The notes beneath the pieces were generated by a model. The model saw only the letters and a list, made by a program, of their open reading frames with translations. It was not told where the DNA came from and made no database searches. This document shows, one piece after another, positions 14,926 to 23,868 of a stretch of DNA of 27,881 nt (position 1 is the stretch's first letter; every line of letters begins with the position of its first letter). The position numbers were made by a program, and so were the translations under genes. Origin of the DNA: a virus (taxonomy: Duplodnaviria; Caudoviricetes); IMG/VR virus record IMGVR_UViG_3300032272_000054, positions 1 through 27,881 of that record. One strand, 5' to 3'.

Positions 14926-15363
14926 ATGAGTAGCGTTATTAATGCACCCGAGGTACTTGTTGATTTCAAAGGGTCAGTCCGTGTTGAATTCAAATACGAT
15001 GATGTTATCGTTGGCTCGACTCAAGCCGCTGATACTCCCATCAACATTATAGAATGTCCCGTCGAACCACTAGTTACCCTACAGTGTTTAAATAGCAATC
15101 TAAAACCTGAGGGACCTGTCTGGGTATACGTTGATGGTGAATGGGGAACATACCATCCTGATGTACACAAGATCCCCAGTAGTGATGAATCAGATTCTCT
15201 GGTCGATGCCGGAACCGATGTCTCCGATGTTTTCGTTACCAGTCATTCTCCTTCAGTCGAGATACTGCGTTCGGAAAATGCGCCCACTTCCGACGTTGAT
15301 CCTGAAGTGGAAGAAGACTGGGATGAAGACGATGAGCTGTCCGAGATGGACGAGGAGGACTAG
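14926..15363 (+). CDS. Hypothetical protein with an acidic C-terminal tail
   Basis: GAGG RBS; ORF track, trimmed. Confidence 0.7.
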   Translation: MSSVINAPEVLVDFKGSVRVEFKYDDVIVGSTQAADTPINIIECPVEPLVTLQCLNSNLKPEGPVWVYVDGEWGTYHPDVHKIPSSDESDSLVDAGTDVSDVFVTSHSPSVEILRSENAPTSDVDPEVEEDWDEDDELSEMDEED

Positions 15364-15476
15364 GCGACCGCCGACCAGAGATTAATCATTGAGTATAGGG
15401 TTCGCCAAGGTGGCCCGACGTGGACAGATGAACTTGGCCTATATCTGCGTCACTCAACTTTTAGAAGGAGTGGGAT

Positions 15477-17177
15477 ATGAGTGAGTTGATGGGAGATTTT
15501 CTGAATGAGTTGAGAGCCCAGGTAGAAAATCGAACTATCACTCGCCCCTCCCGGTGGGCAGAGAAACGAAGAGTAATGGGACCTCCTTATGAGGGACCTT
15601 ATCAGTTCAAAACTCATCCTTGGTGTCGTGGACTACATGACAGTAAGGCTACCTGGAACGTCTCTATGAAGTCGGCTCAGGCAGGCTTTACAGAGGTGGG
15701 CATTAACCTAGCACTCTACACCATCGATGTGTTGAAGAGAAACGTCTTGTATGTTTTACCAACAATGGGTGATGCATCTGACTTTTCTAAATCAAGATTC
15801 AACGCTGCTTTGAGATTGAGTCCATATTTAAAACGTCTCTTCACTGATGCGAATAATGTTGGACTCAAGATGGCAGGGAATACTTCTCTGTATATTCGTG
15901 GTAGTCGTGGTGATGCTAATTTGAAGTCGATTCCAGTCTCTGTACTCATCCTCGATGAGTTAGATGAAATGGATCAGTCTCAGATTGAGTTAGCTCTACA
16001 GCGTTTGCGTGGACAGCCCACAAAGACCGTTTGGTACATCAGTACGCCAACCATCCCAGGGCATGGGGTGTCTCTTGAATACAATAAAACTACCCAAGAG
16101 CATTTTAGATTTAAGTGCCCTGGGTGTAACAAGATGGATGAGTTCAGCTTCCCCAAATCACTCAAGATTTGTGGCGAAGACATGAACGACCCCGATTGTT
16201 ACAAAAGTTACTACCAATGCACGATGTGTGGTTACAAATACAATCATTTCACAGATGATATCGGGGTTGTGCAGCAACCCGATAAAATGATAACTCTGTG
16301 CAATACTGGTATCTGGGACCCTACAGTAAAGAACACTGATCCTGACCGTCGTGGGTTTAAGATTAATCAGCTTTATAGTGCAACTGTGTCCCCGGCTGAA
16401 ATCGTAATTGATTACTTTAAGTCTTTGACGAACAGTTTTGCGAAACAAGAATTCCACAAATCCATTCTAGGCGAACCCTTTGTTGGCGAGCAATCTCAAG
16501 TCACTGATGAGATGATTGCTAAATGTATTAAACAATACAGTACTGGTCAACTCGTACCACAACCAAGAGAAAATCGGATGATCACAATGGGGATCGACCG
16601 AGGAACTTGGTGTAACTATGTTGTATGTGAGTGGTTCTACCCAGAGTTCTGCATTGATTTAAACACAGCAGCAGAGTGTAGAGTCTTAGACGCTGGTGCC
16701 TTTCATGAGGAAGACTTCGAAGTCTATCCAGATAGGCTTATGCACCAGTGGCAAGTTCGTGCATGTATGGTTGATATGGACCCTGGTCCTCAAGAGGCTA
16801 GGAGATTTGCCCGGCGATTCCCCGGACATGTATGGTTGAATCGTTACCGTCAGGGTAGATCAGGGAAGGAAATGACAATTGATGATGATGGTAGTTATGC
16901 TCCCGTGGCCACAGTGGATAGAACCAACTGGTTAGATGTTTGTTTGGGTAGGTTCTTTTCAGGTCGTATTGAGTTGCCCTATGACTTACCAAGAGGGTTT
17001 GGTGAACACGTTAAGGCGTTAGTAAGAACTTACGAGGAAGACAATGTAGGTAACCCCATTGCAGTGTATAAGAACTATGGTCCAGACCATTATGGACATG
17101 CCTTGAATTACGCTGAGATGGCTTTACCATGTGCGGCTGCAATTACTACTAATCAAAACATCAAAAAATTCCTCTGA
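15477..17177 (+). CDS. terL: Terminase large subunit, lambda GpA-like
   Basis: MKSAQAGFTE (Walker A), ILDELDEM (Walker B), ISTPT, CPGC/CTMC Zn site, MGIDRG nuclease motif, DHYGHALNYA. Confidence 0.93.
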   Translation: MSELMGDFLNELRAQVENRTITRPSRWAEKRRVMGPPYEGPYQFKTHPWCRGLHDSKATWNVSMKSAQAGFTEVGINLALYTIDVLKRNVLYVLPTMGDASDFSKSRFNAALRLSPYLKRLFTDANNVGLKMAGNTSLYIRGSRGDANLKSIPVSVLILDELDEMDQSQIELALQRLRGQPTKTVWYISTPTIPGHGVSLEYNKTTQEHFRFKCPGCNKMDEFSFPKSLKICGEDMNDPDCYKSYYQCTMCGYKYNHFTDDIGVVQQPDKMITLCNTGIWDPTVKNTDPDRRGFKINQLYSATVSPAEIVIDYFKSLTNSFAKQEFHKSILGEPFVGEQSQVTDEMIAKCIKQYSTGQLVPQPRENRMITMGIDRGTWCNYVVCEWFYPEFCIDLNTAAECRVLDAGAFHEEDFEVYPDRLMHQWQVRACMVDMDPGPQEARRFARRFPGHVWLNRYRQGRSGKEMTIDDDGSYAPVATVDRTNWLDVCLGRFFSGRIELPYDLPRGFGEHVKALVRTYEEDNVGNPIAVYKNYGPDHYGHALNYAEMALPCAAAITTNQNIKKFL

Positions 17178-17202
17178 TTAAGGAGGGGAGTAAAAACATT
17201 AC

Positions 17203-17667
17203 ATGTCATACCCACCGCCATTTTTTCCTAGCTCCATCTGGAATGGTTTGACTAACAACCCCGACAGGTACTCAGTCAACAATAACATAAATCCTGATGC
17301 TGAGGACTGGGAGCGAATTGCTGCCGAAGTCATCTCGATGCAGACGAATAATAGTGCTGTTCTTCTTCCTCCAATTACTTCAGATGGTCCTTTAACCATC
17401 ATTGATAATAATGGTGAATCTCAACCACTGGCAGTCTCGGCTGTTATACTTGCCGATGCCACGAGTGGATCTATTACGATAGAGTTACCAGCGGCAGTGG
17501 ATTTTGAGGGTAATACACTTGATGTGAAAAAGATCAATGCTGCAAACAATGTAACCCTTGATGCTAATGGTTCTGAAACTATCGATGGTGCGGAAACTCA
17601 AGTCATATCGACACAGTACGTCAGTATCACTATTATTTCAAATGGTACGGAGTGGTTCATCCTATGA
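17203..17667 (+). CDS. Virion fibre/decoration protein (anchor-like N-terminus plus DATSGSITIELP...ETIDG...NGTEW module)
   Basis: C-terminal module is typical of phage fibre proteins; N-terminus is paralogous to the 20646 protein. Confidence 0.7.
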   Translation: MSYPPPFFPSSIWNGLTNNPDRYSVNNNINPDAEDWERIAAEVISMQTNNSAVLLPPITSDGPLTIIDNNGESQPLAVSAVILADATSGSITIELPAAVDFEGNTLDVKKINAANNVTLDANGSETIDGAETQVISTQYVSITIISNGTEWFIL

Positions 17668-18827
17668 CATTTTTTCCAAATACAAACCCTTTAACCTTGC
17701 TTGGCGATTTAAGAACTGCTGAGTCAATTAACCGTATCGACTTGAGTGCTATCAATGGTGATAGTGTACTACGAAATACCCACGCTACGGCTGGGTCAGG
17801 TACAGTTACAATTGGTGGAGGTGAACACCGTTTAGCTACCACAGCAAATGGTGCAGACTCGGCTGAATTGTCTAGCACTGAGCGAGTGAGATTTGACGCA
17901 GGGGCACAGGCAGTAATTGCTCTGACTGGGCGTAGACCGGTCGCTCCAGTAGGAAATCAAATCTTCAGAGCTGGTGCCTTTGATGCCGATAATGGTTTTG
18001 GTTTAGGTGAAGACTCAACTGGACCCTTTGTCTTTGACCGTTCTGGTGGCACTGAAACTAAAGTTTACAGTCCTAACTGGAACGTAGACACAATGGATGG
18101 CACAGGGCCTTCGGGACTAGCTGCTGATTTTTCACAGGGTGCATTTCTGGCAATCGCATTTGATTGTTATTGTTATGGTACTATCAACTTCATCCTGACA
18201 GTTTATAATTCTGACACAGGTGTAAACCAACAGGTCGTGGTACATCGTTTGAGAAAACTCGGTGAAGTACAGACGGAAAATCCCAACGTCCCAATTGTAG
18301 TTTCACTTGAGAATGGTGGAACAGCCACAGCATTTGACCTCTTCTTTGGTGCGAGATCATTTAGGTCGTTCACCCCGAACAGACCGGCACTACGGTATAC
18401 TGGTGAGTATAGACTTGCAGAGACACCATCAACAACATTCGTACCCTCTGTATCTTTCAGGCGAAAGTCTGCGTATGGAAACAGACGTGTTCAGGTTGCT
18501 GGGTTTGATGTTATTTCAGATGCCGATCTCCTTGTCCAACTTCGTTTAGACGCCACACTGACTGGTGAGACGTTTGGGACGCCTTCAGACTACTCAGCTA
18601 CAGAGACTGCTGTTGAATCTGACAACTCCGCCACGGTGGTATCAGGTGGTGAAGTAATTTGGGAGAGTTTAGTATACGGGGGTTCAAAATCTCAAGAAGT
18701 GGGTAGCAGTACTGCTTTAGTAAACTTAGACCTACCATCGACCCTCCCTGTGACCTTGTGCTACAGAACGGTGACGGGCTCAGCAACAGACGTACATACT
18801 GTGCTTCGCGTTGTCGAAGAATGGTAA
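17664..18827 (+). CDS. Virion structural protein, beta-rich, possibly lectin-like
   Basis: GAFDADNGF and WNVDTMDGTGPSG motifs resemble a widespread phage structural family; ATGA coupling. Confidence 0.65.
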   Translation: MTFFPNTNPLTLLGDLRTAESINRIDLSAINGDSVLRNTHATAGSGTVTIGGGEHRLATTANGADSAELSSTERVRFDAGAQAVIALTGRRPVAPVGNQIFRAGAFDADNGFGLGEDSTGPFVFDRSGGTETKVYSPNWNVDTMDGTGPSGLAADFSQGAFLAIAFDCYCYGTINFILTVYNSDTGVNQQVVVHRLRKLGEVQTENPNVPIVVSLENGGTATAFDLFFGARSFRSFTPNRPALRYTGEYRLAETPSTTFVPSVSFRRKSAYGNRRVQVAGFDVISDADLLVQLRLDATLTGETFGTPSDYSATETAVESDNSATVVSGGEVIWESLVYGGSKSQEVGSSTALVNLDLPSTLPVTLCYRTVTGSATDVHTVLRVVEEW

Positions 18828-18847
18828 TCAAATAAACGGAGAACAAC

Positions 18848-20641
18848 ATGGCAACTCCAGCAGTATCAATATCTTCAACCAGACATCCTGAACATCTGAT
18901 GAATCTCCCAGATTGGAGTCTGTGGAGAAATATTTGGGAAGGGGGTGATTGGTTCATTCGAAGCTATTTGCAAAAATGGTCGGCACGGGAGAGTCAAGCA
19001 GATTTTGAACAACGTAAATGTATCACACCAGTACCTGGGTTTGCTAAAGCCGCTCTTGTAGACATCAAGAATGCTGTCTTCCACCGAATGGGTGATATCA
19101 TTCGAAGGAACGGGAGTCCAGCTTACACCGCAGCGATGCAAGGTATGAGGGGCGGCGTGGACCGACGTGGTGATAGTATGAATCACTTCATCGGTACACA
19201 AGTACTAGAAGACATGTTGATAATGGGAAAAGCTGGAGTGTATGTGGATAACATCTCTCCATCAGGTCCTACTTTAGCTGATGCCCAGGGAGCTTCCCCA
19301 TACTTGTATATGTACAAGGTCGAAGATATCCTGTCTTGGAGATGTTCTTTACCAGAAGACGATAGTGATTTTGATGCTGTCCTCCTTAGAGACTGGTGTA
19401 TTGATTTTGATTCTTCTTTTGGAAGTGTCGCTTTACCCAAAGGACAGTTTGAAAGATTCCGCCTAGTGTGGCGAGATCCTGATGACGGTTTTGTACGCTA
19501 TCAGTTTTATGATGCTGATGGACAACCCATCCATCCTGATGGTACCCCCGGTGGACAACCTGTTCGACTTGAGTTGAAAAGGATTCCATTTGTACTGTTT
19601 GATATTGGTGATAGTCTTCTCAAAGATATTGCTAATCATCAAATCGCTCTCTTGAATCTCGTTTCAAGTGATGTCAGCTACGCACTGAAAGCTAACTTTC
19701 CATTCTACACTGAGCAGGTTGATCAACGTGCTGTCGGCAGTCACTTGAAGAGTGATATCATGGAAGATGGTACATCCACCACCGGTGGGCAAGGTGCAGC
19801 AGACAGTGAGATTAAAGTAGGTGCAATCGATGGTCGAACTTATGCTATGAATGCAGACAGGCCAGACTTTATCCACCCTTCTTCTGAACCTCTGGTAGCT
19901 TCTATGAAGCTACAGGTGAAGTTGGAAGATGATATTCGGAAACTTGTGAACTTAGCTGTCGTGAGTCTTGGAAACAGTCGAGCCTCCGGCGAAGCTAGAA
20001 GTATTGATAATCAAGGTCTGGAAGCCGGATTAGCTTTCATTGGGCTAGTATTGGAACGAGGTGAACGAAGGATTGCTGATCACTGGTCTGCGTATGAAGG
20101 TAATGACGGTCGAGACACAGTCATCGTCAAATACCCCGAGACTTACAGTATAAAATCTACTTCAGACCGTATTGAAGAAGCGGACAAACTGACTAACTTA
20201 ATGTTCTCTATCCCAGGGAACACGGTTAAGAAAGAGTTAGCTAAGGACGCAGTAGCTTCTTTGCTGGGAGGTAGAGTTGGACCTGATAAGATGGCTAAAA
20301 TCAACAAAGAAATTGATGAAGCCAAGTACTCAACTAGCTCGCCTGATGTCATTAAATTGGCTAAAGAGGAAGGTTTAGCAAGCGATATTACTTTATCCGA
20401 TGCTTTAGGATTTGATGGAAAGACTGAAATTCCTAAGGCTAACCTGGACCACGCAAAGAGAATTGAAAGAATCAGTGAAGCACAGTCGTCCAATGATGAT
20501 TCAGATCCTGGGGCGAGGGGTGTTAAAGACCTTTCGGCAGATTCCAAGGCGGGTTCCACTGAGAGACAGGGGGCTGTAGATACTACTCTAAATGATAGCA
20601 CTAAAAAACCTGTCAGGGGAGAGGGTAAATCTATAGACTAA
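18848..20641 (+). CDS. Portal protein (DUF4055-like)
   Basis: HPE...W...EGG...YL...RESQADFEQR N-terminus; RIPFV; SGEARSID; 597 aa; downstream of terL. Confidence 0.85.
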   Translation: MATPAVSISSTRHPEHLMNLPDWSLWRNIWEGGDWFIRSYLQKWSARESQADFEQRKCITPVPGFAKAALVDIKNAVFHRMGDIIRRNGSPAYTAAMQGMRGGVDRRGDSMNHFIGTQVLEDMLIMGKAGVYVDNISPSGPTLADAQGASPYLYMYKVEDILSWRCSLPEDDSDFDAVLLRDWCIDFDSSFGSVALPKGQFERFRLVWRDPDDGFVRYQFYDADGQPIHPDGTPGGQPVRLELKRIPFVLFDIGDSLLKDIANHQIALLNLVSSDVSYALKANFPFYTEQVDQRAVGSHLKSDIMEDGTSTTGGQGAADSEIKVGAIDGRTYAMNADRPDFIHPSSEPLVASMKLQVKLEDDIRKLVNLAVVSLGNSRASGEARSIDNQGLEAGLAFIGLVLERGERRIADHWSAYEGNDGRDTVIVKYPETYSIKSTSDRIEEADKLTNLMFSIPGNTVKKELAKDAVASLLGGRVGPDKMAKINKEIDEAKYSTSSPDVIKLAKEEGLASDITLSDALGFDGKTEIPKANLDHAKRIERISEAQSSNDDSDPGARGVKDLSADSKAGSTERQGAVDTTLNDSTKKPVRGEGKSID

Positions 20642-20645
20642 TTTG

Positions 20646-21155
20646 ATGCCAACCACACCAAGTTTTCCCAACGGTGTTTGGAATGGACTGACCGAGAATC
20701 CCGAGAGGACTTCTCGGTCAGTTAATCAGTGGTGTAACCATCAAGATTGGAATAGAATTTCAGCGGAAGTCATAGCTATTGAAGACTTCCTAATTGCCGG
20801 TAGTTTAGCCCCACCAACTGCCCCAGTTTACTCAGGTATGTCGGGAACTAATATCATCGCTGGTCAATTAGTATCTTTAACTGGATCAACGATCCAGTTA
20901 GCAGACAAGGATACATCGGGAAGTGTGACAGGGGTTTCTTTATCAGATGTTTCGACAGGCGAGATGCTGACATATCTGGCAGTCGGGAGAATAACTTTAC
21001 AGACATTCAATCTGACACCTGGGGCTTGGTATTATTTATCAAACTCGGGTGCGATGATTGAGACACCTCCCACTACAGGTTATCATGTTCGTCTAGGTCA
21101 AGCACAAGACGCTAAGACCTTTAATTTACAACCAAACGACTCAATCAAACTATAG
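20646..21155 (+). CDS. Head fibre/cement-like protein (anchor-like N-terminus plus LTPGAWYYLS domain)
   Basis: LTPGxxYYLS..G...T.P...V.LG.A motif (DUF2190/capsid cement-like). Confidence 0.7.
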   Translation: MPTTPSFPNGVWNGLTENPERTSRSVNQWCNHQDWNRISAEVIAIEDFLIAGSLAPPTAPVYSGMSGTNIIAGQLVSLTGSTIQLADKDTSGSVTGVSLSDVSTGEMLTYLAVGRITLQTFNLTPGAWYYLSNSGAMIETPPTTGYHVRLGQAQDAKTFNLQPNDSIKL

Positions 21156-21164
21156 GTCAATACA

Positions 21165-21632
21165 ATGGCAATAAAGAAACCAATTGTCCTCACAAATGGA
21201 CAATTAGAACGACTCCAACCCGGTGATCGAATCGATGTTGGAAATTCTTCGAATAAGAACAACAACTCTGGTGGCGCAATAGTAATCGGTCAACCTGTTT
21301 ATGTAAACGGTGTTAATGTTGATCTGGCTCAAGCAGATGCTCAAAGTACAATTCGAGTAGCTGGTTTGGTAGTAGACATTACTGTTGCTGATGCATCCCC
21401 AGCGGAGATCGTTGTTGATGGTATCCTCACTGCTACTACTGGACAGTGGGATGCAGTTACTGGTCAAGTCGGTGGGCTCACCCCTGGAGCAGATTACTTT
21501 TTAAGTGCTGGAACCGCTGGTCAAATGTCAACAACTGCCCCATCAGCAAATGGTGAATTTGTGGTCCGAGTGGGACATGCTTTATCTACTACGGAATTTG
21601 AAATCGAAATCCAACAGCCAATCAAATTGTAA
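21165..21632 (+). CDS. Head fibre/cement-like protein
   Basis: IVIGQPVYV...LAQADA...LTPGADYFLS...GQMSTTAP...VGHA. Confidence 0.75.
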   Translation: MAIKKPIVLTNGQLERLQPGDRIDVGNSSNKNNNSGGAIVIGQPVYVNGVNVDLAQADAQSTIRVAGLVVDITVADASPAEIVVDGILTATTGQWDAVTGQVGGLTPGADYFLSAGTAGQMSTTAPSANGEFVVRVGHALSTTEFEIEIQQPIKL

Positions 21633-21985
21633 TGCCTGGACTAGAACCACTCACGATTGAAGAAGGTTTGATTCAAGTAGCTGCGGGTCGAAGAGTTGAG
21701 ATTCAGAAACTCAACATTGGACCCCTAGTCACCATCCCAGTGTCCAGTAGTACTGTAACAGTTACGGGCTCTTTCCACTTCTTAAATAATGTGGGAGGGG
21801 GCAATCAGAATGTAGACAACATTCTTGGTGGGGTAGAAGGAGACATCTTGGTATTAGGTGGTAGTGGTATCCGCTTACGATCAGTAGGGAACCTATCACT
21901 ACCAAGTAACTTTCTCTTACAAACCGGGAAATCAATTGTCCTAGTATTTATTGGTAATTGGTTTCAATTATCTAGAACCACATGA
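21632..21985 (+). CDS. Small beta-rich virion protein
   Basis: TAATG coupling; NILGGVEGDILVL...W C-terminal module. Confidence 0.6.
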   Translation: MPGLEPLTIEEGLIQVAAGRRVEIQKLNIGPLVTIPVSSSTVTVTGSFHFLNNVGGGNQNVDNILGGVEGDILVLGGSGIRLRSVGNLSLPSNFLLQTGKSIVLVFIGNWFQLSRTT

Positions 21986-21992
21986 GGTATAC

Positions 21993-22286
21993 ATGTCAAG
22001 TTTCAACGAAACAATCGAAATCAATAGTCTGCAAGCCGGTGTGGGCAGTGCAGGCACATCCGCTGAGCAATTAGACGGTGTCGCCAATAAACCTGCTCAC
22101 AAAGGAGTCCTCATTAAGAATACCCACGCAAGTCAGAACTTGTTTGTTGGTAAAGAAGGTGTCACAGCTACGACCGGTTATGAGTTGGGGACAAATGAAG
22201 AAATCTTTCTTCAAGTTAAGAACCCCGAACTTATATATGTTATTGCAAGCGGTGCATCAACTACTTACACCTGGGCAGCACACTAG
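21993..22286 (+). CDS. Small beta-sandwich virion protein
   Basis: GAGGT RBS; KGVLIKN...LFVG...VTATTGYEL...IYVIA pattern. Confidence 0.65.
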   Translation: MSSFNETIEINSLQAGVGSAGTSAEQLDGVANKPAHKGVLIKNTHASQNLFVGKEGVTATTGYELGTNEEIFLQVKNPELIYVIASGASTTYTWAAH

Positions 22287-22296
22287 GAGATAAGCA

Positions 22297-22818
22297 ATGT
22301 CAAGCGGGTACACACATTACGGGACGATTCAAGATGCTGAAGATTATTTTGCCTGTCGTCTTCATGAATCCGCTTGGTCCCAAGCTAGTGCTGTTGACAG
22401 GACACCAGCTTTGATTGAAGCTACACGAATCATTGATAGCCTCAATTTCAAAGGAAACAAGAGTACAGTCTATGATGCTCTTGAAGCAGATGAAGATGCA
22501 ACGGACGCAACCCTACGTGCAGCGAATGCAGCACAGGCATTAGAGTTCCCAAGAGGAGCAGACACGGCTGTCCCAGAAAGAATAGTTTGGGCAACATATG
22601 AGATTGCCCACGCTTTGTTGGATGGAGTTGACCCTGAGATAGAATTGGAAAACATGTCCATGAATGATCATGGCATTGGTTCTGTTAGGGCGAGCTTCAA
22701 CCGAAGTCAAGAGCCATTGGAACACTTTATGAACGGTGTACCTTCGGCAACGGCGTGGAAATACCTGAAGCCCTTTTTGAGGGATGACAGGCAGCGCCGA
22801 CTAACTCGGGTATCGTAA
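22297..22818 (+). CDS. Head-tail adaptor (DnaT-like ssDNA-binding family of phage connectors)
   Basis: YGTIQDAEDYF..R...W...ALIEATRIID..F.G...QALEFPR...VP..I..A..E.A. Confidence 0.8.
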   Translation: MSSGYTHYGTIQDAEDYFACRLHESAWSQASAVDRTPALIEATRIIDSLNFKGNKSTVYDALEADEDATDATLRAANAAQALEFPRGADTAVPERIVWATYEIAHALLDGVDPEIELENMSMNDHGIGSVRASFNRSQEPLEHFMNGVPSATAWKYLKPFLRDDRQRRLTRVS

Positions 22819-22904
22819 CCCGATATTCTCTAGCGATGACCCGCCGCGCTTGAGAGACATTAAAACAGTTGCGGGGTTACTCCATTCGGAGGAGAGAGAG
22901 AATT

Positions 22905-23777
22905 ATGTTGTTGAATTGGTTTGAATTGCTCGCGAGTTTTGAAGGTGCTGGAGAAGGTGAAGGCGATGGTGCTGGTGCTCCTCCTGCTGGCGATGGTGCT
23001 GGTGCTCCTCCTGCTGGCGATGGTGCTGGTGCTCCTCCTGCTGGTGCTCCTCCTGCTGCTGGTGATGCTGGCAAGACGTTTACTCAAGCAGAAGTTAACA
23101 AGTTTCTTGCAGATGATAGACGTAGGCATCAAGAGAAGTACTCCTCTCTGGAGAGTAGCTACCAAGAACTGCTTAGCAATCAAAACCTCGGACAAGAAGA
23201 GCGTGGTCAGCTTGAACAACAGTTAGAAGATCTCCAGGCAAGACACAGGACGAAAGAGCAGCAGCTTGCTTACGAGAAGAAACAAGCGGAAGAGAAGTTT
23301 GGCTCAGAGATTTCTGAGTGGCAAGAAAAAGCAAAGACATGGGAGTCTCGGTATACTGAGTCGACCATTAATCGAGAGTTGCAAGCTGCTGCGGTTGAGC
23401 ACGACGCTTATAACCCCCGGCAGATTGTTGTCCAACTTAAAGGACAGACGGAACTAACAGAAGAGATGGACGTAAATGGAAAACCAACAGGAAAACTCGT
23501 GCCTATGGTCAAGATGACAGTTAAAAACGAGGATACTGGTGCTCAAGAGTCTTTACAAATGACGCCAAGTGAAGCAGTTGAGTACATGAAAAAGAACCCA
23601 GAGCAGTGGGGTAATTTCTTCAAGAATAATATTCGAGAAGGGATTGGCTCTGCTTCTGGTACCGGTACAATGACCGGGGATGGGACTGTCGATGTGACTA
23701 AAATCACCGACGACCAGTATTACAAACTTAGGAAAGAGAACCCAGCAGCTCTAGGTTTGAATCACTTGCGTAAATAG
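22905..23777 (+). CDS. Capsid scaffolding protein
   Basis: Low-complexity N-terminus, [13 protein letters not shown] motif, coiled coil, Gly-rich tail; directly upstream of the capsid gene; GGAGGAG RBS. Confidence 0.85.
   Translation: MLLNWFELLASFEGAGEGEGDGAGAPPAGDGAGAPPAGDGAGAPPAGAPPAAGDAGKTFTQAEVNKFLADDRRRHQEKYSSLESSYQELLSNQNLGQEERGQLEQQLEDLQARHRTKEQQLAYEKKQAEEKFGSEISEWQEKAKTWESRYTESTINRELQAAAVEHDAYNPRQIVVQLKGQTELTEEMDVNGKPTGKLVPMVKMTVKNEDTGAQESLQMTPSEAVEYMKKNPEQWGNFFKNNIREGIGSASGTGTMTGDGTVDVTKITDDQYYKLRKENPAALGLNHLRK
22962..23042 (+). repeat. 27-bp tandem repeat x3 encoding GDGAGAPPA
   Basis: GGCGATGGTGCTGGTGCTCCTCCTGCT perfect copies. Confidence 0.92.
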
Positions 23778-23868
23778 TTCCGAAATGCGTAGGCTGGGGT
23801 TTAGTTTTCTAAATCCACAAACTCACATGAGTGAGTTAACTAATTCTTTACAGGGAGTTGTAACAATT

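Noticed and set aside
23785-23868. Longer capsid N-terminus given by the ORF track
   Set aside because: No RBS at 23785; ATG 23869 has GGGAG and gives a leader matching the scaffold's.
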